Below are positions 60,421 through 64,000 of a DNA stretch of 64,000 bases, piece by piece. Source of the DNA: an uncultured virus (IMG/VR IMGVR_UViG_3300020203_000420) (Duplodnaviria; Heunggongvirae; Uroviricota; Caudoviricetes); IMG/VR virus record IMGVR_UViG_3300020203_000420. One strand, given 5' to 3'. Every line of letters begins with the position of its first letter. Position 1 is the stretch's first letter. A program made the translations under genes and the position numbers. The notes beneath the pieces are model-generated. The model did no database searches and was not told the origin of the DNA. It worked only from the letters and a program-made list of their open reading frames with translations.

Positions 60421-60656
60421 AATTTAAATTAGAGGTGTTAGTATTTTTATTACTTCTATCACTATCAGGCTGTTCTGTGAGTAACAGAGAGTTACAGTTA
60501 GAGGGTGATAGGAAGGTAGCTATTATGCAGGACCTCCTAAGACAAGGCTGGGAATTAAGTGTGCATGACGGTAAAGTATTACTTATAAAGAATACCCCTG
60601 AAGGTTTATTAGTCGAGGATGTGTTTGGTGTAATAGAATCGGAGGATTTGTTTTGA
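60417..60656 (+). CDS. Small lipoprotein
   Basis: MKFK, hydrophobic core, lipobox LSGC. Confidence 0.75.
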   Translation: MKFKLEVLVFLLLLSLSGCSVSNRELQLEGDRKVAIMQDLLRQGWELSVHDGKVLLIKNTPEGLLVEDVFGVIESEDLF

Positions 60657-61300
60657 AAACTGCTTGTATAATCTCTGACACTCACGGACACCATAATAAG
60701 GTAACAACAGTAGATGCTGATTTTTTAATACATTGCGGGGATTTTTCCAGCCACGGAGAACTTAGGCAAACTAAAAGCTTTCTAAATTGGTTTTCCAAAC
60801 AGCCCCAGCAACATAAGATATTTATAAGTGGTAATCACGACTACATGGCGGAAAGAGATAGGTGTTTATTCAATGAAATAGTTAAAGAAAATTCTGGAGT
60901 ACATTATCTACAGAACTCTAGTGTTGTACTAGAGGGTATTAAATTCTATGGTTGTCCACAAACTCCTAGATTCTTAGATTGGGCGTTCAACGTAGATAGA
61001 GGACCTAAGATTAAAAGATTCTGGGACGAAATAGATGAGGAAACTCAAGTACTCATAACCCATGGCCCCCCACTAGGGATACTAGATCAAGTACTCCCTG
61101 ACCTGGAAAGGGTGGGCTGTGCAGATTTACTGGATCGAGTAATGACTCTACCGAGATTGAAATACCACTTCTTTGGTCACCTACACTTCAATGGAATAAT
61201 GGAGTATGTATTTGACGGAAAAACCTGGATTAACGCTGCGATCTGTGACGACAGCTATAAACCAAGGGATCTAGTAATGTTTACGGAGTTAGACGTATGA
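60653..61300 (+). CDS. Calcineurin-like metallophosphoesterase
   Basis: SDTH, HCGD, GNHD, THGPP, GHLH. Confidence 0.93.
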   Translation: MKTACIISDTHGHHNKVTTVDADFLIHCGDFSSHGELRQTKSFLNWFSKQPQQHKIFISGNHDYMAERDRCLFNEIVKENSGVHYLQNSSVVLEGIKFYGCPQTPRFLDWAFNVDRGPKIKRFWDEIDEETQVLITHGPPLGILDQVLPDLERVGCADLLDRVMTLPRLKYHFFGHLHFNGIMEYVFDGKTWINAAICDDSYKPRDLVMFTELDV

Positions 61301-61578
61301 AAGAGATAAAGGATAGAGACGACTTAGACTTAGACTTTGTAGATAGAATTACAAACAAGGACATACTACCGGAGAAGAGATTGATTAGGGCTGTAATGGC
61401 AAAGGCCCTAGATGACATTAACGACTCTGACCAGAACGTTAGGACAGAATCTAGAGATTGGGTTATGGAACCTTACGATATCGAAAAGGAAGAAGTTTAT
61501 AGCTTACAATATATCTGTAACTTTTTAGAACTAACCCATTCAATCGTTCAACTTTATGCAGAAAAACGATTTAAATAG
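61297..61578 (+). CDS. Hypothetical protein
   Basis: 93-aa ORF, E.RL..AV...A.DD...W...YSL..IC..L. Confidence 0.6.
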   Translation: MKEIKDRDDLDLDFVDRITNKDILPEKRLIRAVMAKALDDINDSDQNVRTESRDWVMEPYDIEKEEVYSLQYICNFLELTHSIVQLYAEKRFK

Positions 61579-62313
61579 TTACTTATTGTAAATACTAATG
61601 GCCTTTTTATAAGCCTCTGTAAATTTATCTAGATGGATAGTACCACCGTTTACTATTTTTCTTAACTTAGAGTAATTAGAAGTAGTTATGGCCGTTCTTA
61701 TAGAGGCTTCTCTATCTTCAAAGTATTGAGCTAGTACTGCTGCACTAATTTGAGGGATTAAAGCATAGTCTGGGTTTTTAATCATCTCTCCGTCTAGCTT
61801 GAGCTTTTTATCCATTACAGTATAGTTAGCTCTTCCAGTCAATTGAATCATCCCACGTCCTTTAAATGAAGCTCCGTCTCCCGCCTGAGTATTGCCTAGA
61901 TCCTTTCTTCCATCATACTTACTGAAATCAAAAGGCTTGACTCCGCTTTTAGTAGACCACTTAGATGCTGTTTCTTGAACAGGCTTAAATACGTCACACT
62001 CTACTACTACAGTAGCGAGGACATAACAAATCATGTCTTTATCGCAGATAGACTTCTTCTCTAAGGCATCTAAAATTAGGGGTAAATGTTCTTCAATATT
62101 GGACAGCTGGGTAAAAGGAAATAGGTGCTTTCTCACGGAGGCGGCGCTAAAAAGAACGTTCATCTCGTCTAAGTTAGAGAGCTGGACTGACTCACCCTGC
62201 TTAACCTCATTAGTAAATTCATAGGCTAACTCCTTAGAATCAGACTTGTTTTCTATCTTCTTGCTTATAGCAGCAGTTACTAATTGACCTAAAATTGAAA
62301 AGATACCATTCAT
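61579..62313 (-). CDS. GH19 (chitinase/lysozyme-like) endolysin
   Basis: YVLAT...E, LGN..AGDG..FKGRGMIQLTGRANY, RKIVNGG. Confidence 0.9.
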   Translation of the reverse strand: MNGIFSILGQLVTAAISKKIENKSDSKELAYEFTNEVKQGESVQLSNLDEMNVLFSAASVRKHLFPFTQLSNIEEHLPLILDALEKKSICDKDMICYVLATVVVECDVFKPVQETASKWSTKSGVKPFDFSKYDGRKDLGNTQAGDGASFKGRGMIQLTGRANYTVMDKKLKLDGEMIKNPDYALIPQISAAVLAQYFEDREASIRTAITTSNYSKLRKIVNGGTIHLDKFTEAYKKAISIYNK

Positions 62314-62339
62314 TTACTTTGCACCTAACCTATGATATT

Positions 62340-62368
62340 ATTATACTAGTAGATCTATAGTATTGTAA
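62340..62368 (-). promoter_or_regulatory. Possible sigma70-type promoter for the endolysin
   Basis: TTACAA-17nt-TATAAT on minus strand, AGGT upstream of ATG. Confidence 0.5.
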
Positions 62369-62444
62369 TCATTAAGATTTTATCAGTAAAAGTGAATAAA
62401 GTTTTAGCTAAAAAGCCCCTGAAGTAGTACTTTTAGTCTGACTA

Positions 62445-62477
62445 AAGGGGAAGTAAAGACTATGGTTACTTCCCCTT
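62445..62477. repeat. Perfect 12-bp inverted repeat (hairpin)
   Basis: AAGGGGAAGTAA-9nt-TTACTTCCCCTT; function unknown, no long U tract. Confidence 0.85.
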
Positions 62478-62577
62478 GTCATTATTGCGGGACAGGTATA
62501 AACTATAGAAGGGTGGTATAGAGACTTCTTGAATAAAATAAAAAATATATTTTTAATAGATTGAATGAGATTATATT

Positions 62578-63864
62578 ATGACACTTAAAGACCAGGTTGA
62601 AGACCTAGGAATAATACAATTAGACCACTTAGAGGCAGAGGTCAACCTTGAAAAAAGTCAGGGGCAGTACATCTTTGATGATAAGACTAACAGTTACTTC
62701 TTAGACTGCTTTAGTTATATAGCGAGTAATCCAATTGGACATAACCACCCAAAAATGGACAATCCTGAGTTTGAAAAAACATTACTTAGGGTAGCTAAAA
62801 CTAATCCATCTAACTCTGACTTACTAACCTCGGAATACGTAAGCTTTTTAAAAACCTTTAAAGAGATAGCAATGCCGAAGGAGTTTAAAAAGGCATTCTT
62901 CATTGCAGGGGGGACATTGGCTGTTGAGAATGCCCTTAAAACCGCCTTTGATTGGAAAATAAGAAAGTTACACTCAAGGGATGTTCTTAGCATCCCAGCT
63001 GAGGGGCTTCAGGTTTTACATTTAAAAGGGGCTTTTTCAGGAAGAAGCGGGTATTCTTTATCACTTACTAATACTTCACCGGAGAAGTATAAGTATTTCC
63101 CTAAGTTTCATTGGCCTAAATTTGAGCCTCCTTTGATGTCTGATCGTAATATCGATGTATCAAGAAAGATACAAGATATCGAATCCTATGTGGTATCTAA
63201 TAAAGATAGAATTGCAGCAATCATTATAGAGCCTATTATTGGGGAAGGTGGAGACCAGCATTTCCCTCCTAGTTTCCATTTTGCACTGAGAAGGCTAGCA
63301 GATGATAATGAATGTTTATTAATCTATGATGAGGTTCAAACCGGAGTAGGACTTACGGGATCTCTGTGGGCATATCAAAATTTTAAAATAGTACCTGATA
63401 TTCTCGCTTTTGGTAAAAAAATGCAAGTATGTGGAATTATGGTAGGAGATAGAGTTCTGTCTCAATCAGGTAATGTTTTTGAAGAAAAGTCTAGAATTAA
63501 CTCAACCTTCGGGGGAAATCTAGTAGACATGGTTAGATCTCAAAGATATCTACAAATTATTAAAGAAGAGGGCTATGTTAATAACGCTAAGGTAGTAGGT
63601 CAGTACTTTTTAAAAGAACTATTAAAGGTAGAAAAGAAAAATAAAAAATTAATCTCTAATACTAGAGGTTTGGGTTTAATGATAGCTTTTGATTTACCTT
63701 GCACTGGGGCTAAAGACTTAATACTAAAGAAGTTATTTGAGAATAAAGTAATAGCCTTAGGGTGTGGTACTAAGTCAGTAAGAGTTAGACCATCATTGAA
63801 CTTCTCAAAAGAAGATGTTAATGTATTTATTGAACGGTTAAATAAGTCTATAAAAGAACTTTAA
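62578..63864 (+). CDS. lat: L-lysine 6-transaminase-like class III aminotransferase
   Basis: ASNPIGHNHP, G.LAVENALKTAFDWK, GRSGY.LSLTNT, EPI.GEGGD, DEVQTG, AFGKKMQVCG, SRINSTFGGN. Confidence 0.88.
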   Translation: MTLKDQVEDLGIIQLDHLEAEVNLEKSQGQYIFDDKTNSYFLDCFSYIASNPIGHNHPKMDNPEFEKTLLRVAKTNPSNSDLLTSEYVSFLKTFKEIAMPKEFKKAFFIAGGTLAVENALKTAFDWKIRKLHSRDVLSIPAEGLQVLHLKGAFSGRSGYSLSLTNTSPEKYKYFPKFHWPKFEPPLMSDRNIDVSRKIQDIESYVVSNKDRIAAIIIEPIIGEGGDQHFPPSFHFALRRLADDNECLLIYDEVQTGVGLTGSLWAYQNFKIVPDILAFGKKMQVCGIMVGDRVLSQSGNVFEEKSRINSTFGGNLVDMVRSQRYLQIIKEEGYVNNAKVVGQYFLKELLKVEKKNKKLISNTRGLGLMIAFDLPCTGAKDLILKKLFENKVIALGCGTKSVRVRPSLNFSKEDVNVFIERLNKSIKEL

Positions 63865-63867
63865 AAT

Positions 63868-64000
63868 ATGAATAAGAAGAAAGCACTGATTAGTGGAATT
63901 TCCGGTCAAGACGGGAGTTATCTTGCGGAGATACTATTAGAAAAAGATTATGAGGTTTATGGGATGGTAAGACATTCTGCTAGCCCTAATTACTGGAGAA
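63868..64000 (+). CDS. gmd: GDP-mannose 4,6-dehydratase, 3' truncated by window edge
   Basis: Translated by hand: [35 protein letters not shown]; absent from ORF track. Confidence 0.88.
   Translation, partial: MNKKKALISGISGQDGSYLAEILLEKDYEVYGMVRHSASPNYWR

Larger units (their letters stand above)
1..64000. mobile_element. Segment of a large dsDNA bacteriophage genome
   Basis: Tail fibre, tail chaperone, giant virion-like proteins, Sak/Rad52, GH19 endolysin and divergent replication genes; tight overlapping gene packing; no ribosomal or core housekeeping operons. Confidence 0.9.

Noticed and set aside
59638..60656. Rz/Rz1 spanin pair
   Set aside because: Upstream coiled-coil protein lacks an N-terminal transmembrane segment and the lipoprotein is not Pro-rich
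62380..62577. Lysine riboswitch upstream of lat
   Set aside because: Conserved lysine-riboswitch sequence elements not recognised; only generic hairpins are visible
722..62993. Short antisense or nested ORFs in the track (e.g. 1249..1530, 20713..21162, 46091..46516, 54793..55065)
   Set aside because: They lie within well-supported genes and show no motifs; most likely shadow ORFs
1..64000. Stop-codon reassignment (code 15 or 4) as in some large phages
   Set aside because: ORFs up to 2442 aa are intact in code 11, and TAA, TAG and TGA all end genes at sensible boundaries
1..64000. tRNA or rRNA genes
   Set aside because: Intergenic gaps are nearly all under 80 bp and no cloverleaf or T-loop consensus was recognised; tRNAscan-SE would be decisive

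Overview
AT-rich, densely coding, almost entirely plus-strand segment that reads as part of a large (jumbo-type) dsDNA bacteriophage genome in the standard genetic code. Left to right: a tail fibre/receptor-binding cassette with two paralogous genes (1-4051); an exported protein and a minus-strand glycosyltransferase operon; ClpP and PIN-PhoH; an HTH-led ~23 kb operon of very large putative virion proteins (11277-34135); a bacteria-like replication/recombination module (beta-clamp-like, RecA, DnaB, DnaG, SSB-like, DnaJ, RuvC, Fe-S PD-(D/E)XK nuclease, family A polymerase) interrupted by a GT/GT/patatin/SDR cluster; then accessory genes (two HesB/IscA-like, dUTPase, Sak/Rad52, Clp ATPase, HAD, nucleoside deoxyribosyltransferase, ribokinase, metallophosphoesterase, GH19 endolysin, lysine 6-aminotransferase, start of gmd). 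No capsid, terminase, integrase, tRNA or CRISPR array was seen, so phage identity rests on gene content, and host and lifestyle are undetermined. Best leads: a QxxLF clamp-binding motif at the polymerase thumb tip paired with a phage beta-clamp; Ser-Gly enrichment in virion proteins together with phage glycosylation genes; an operon of enzymes with altered catalytic motifs; an operator/RBS-hairpin switch ahead of the virion operon; and repeated leaderless sigma70-type promoters. All calls come from motif recognition by eye, with no database searches.
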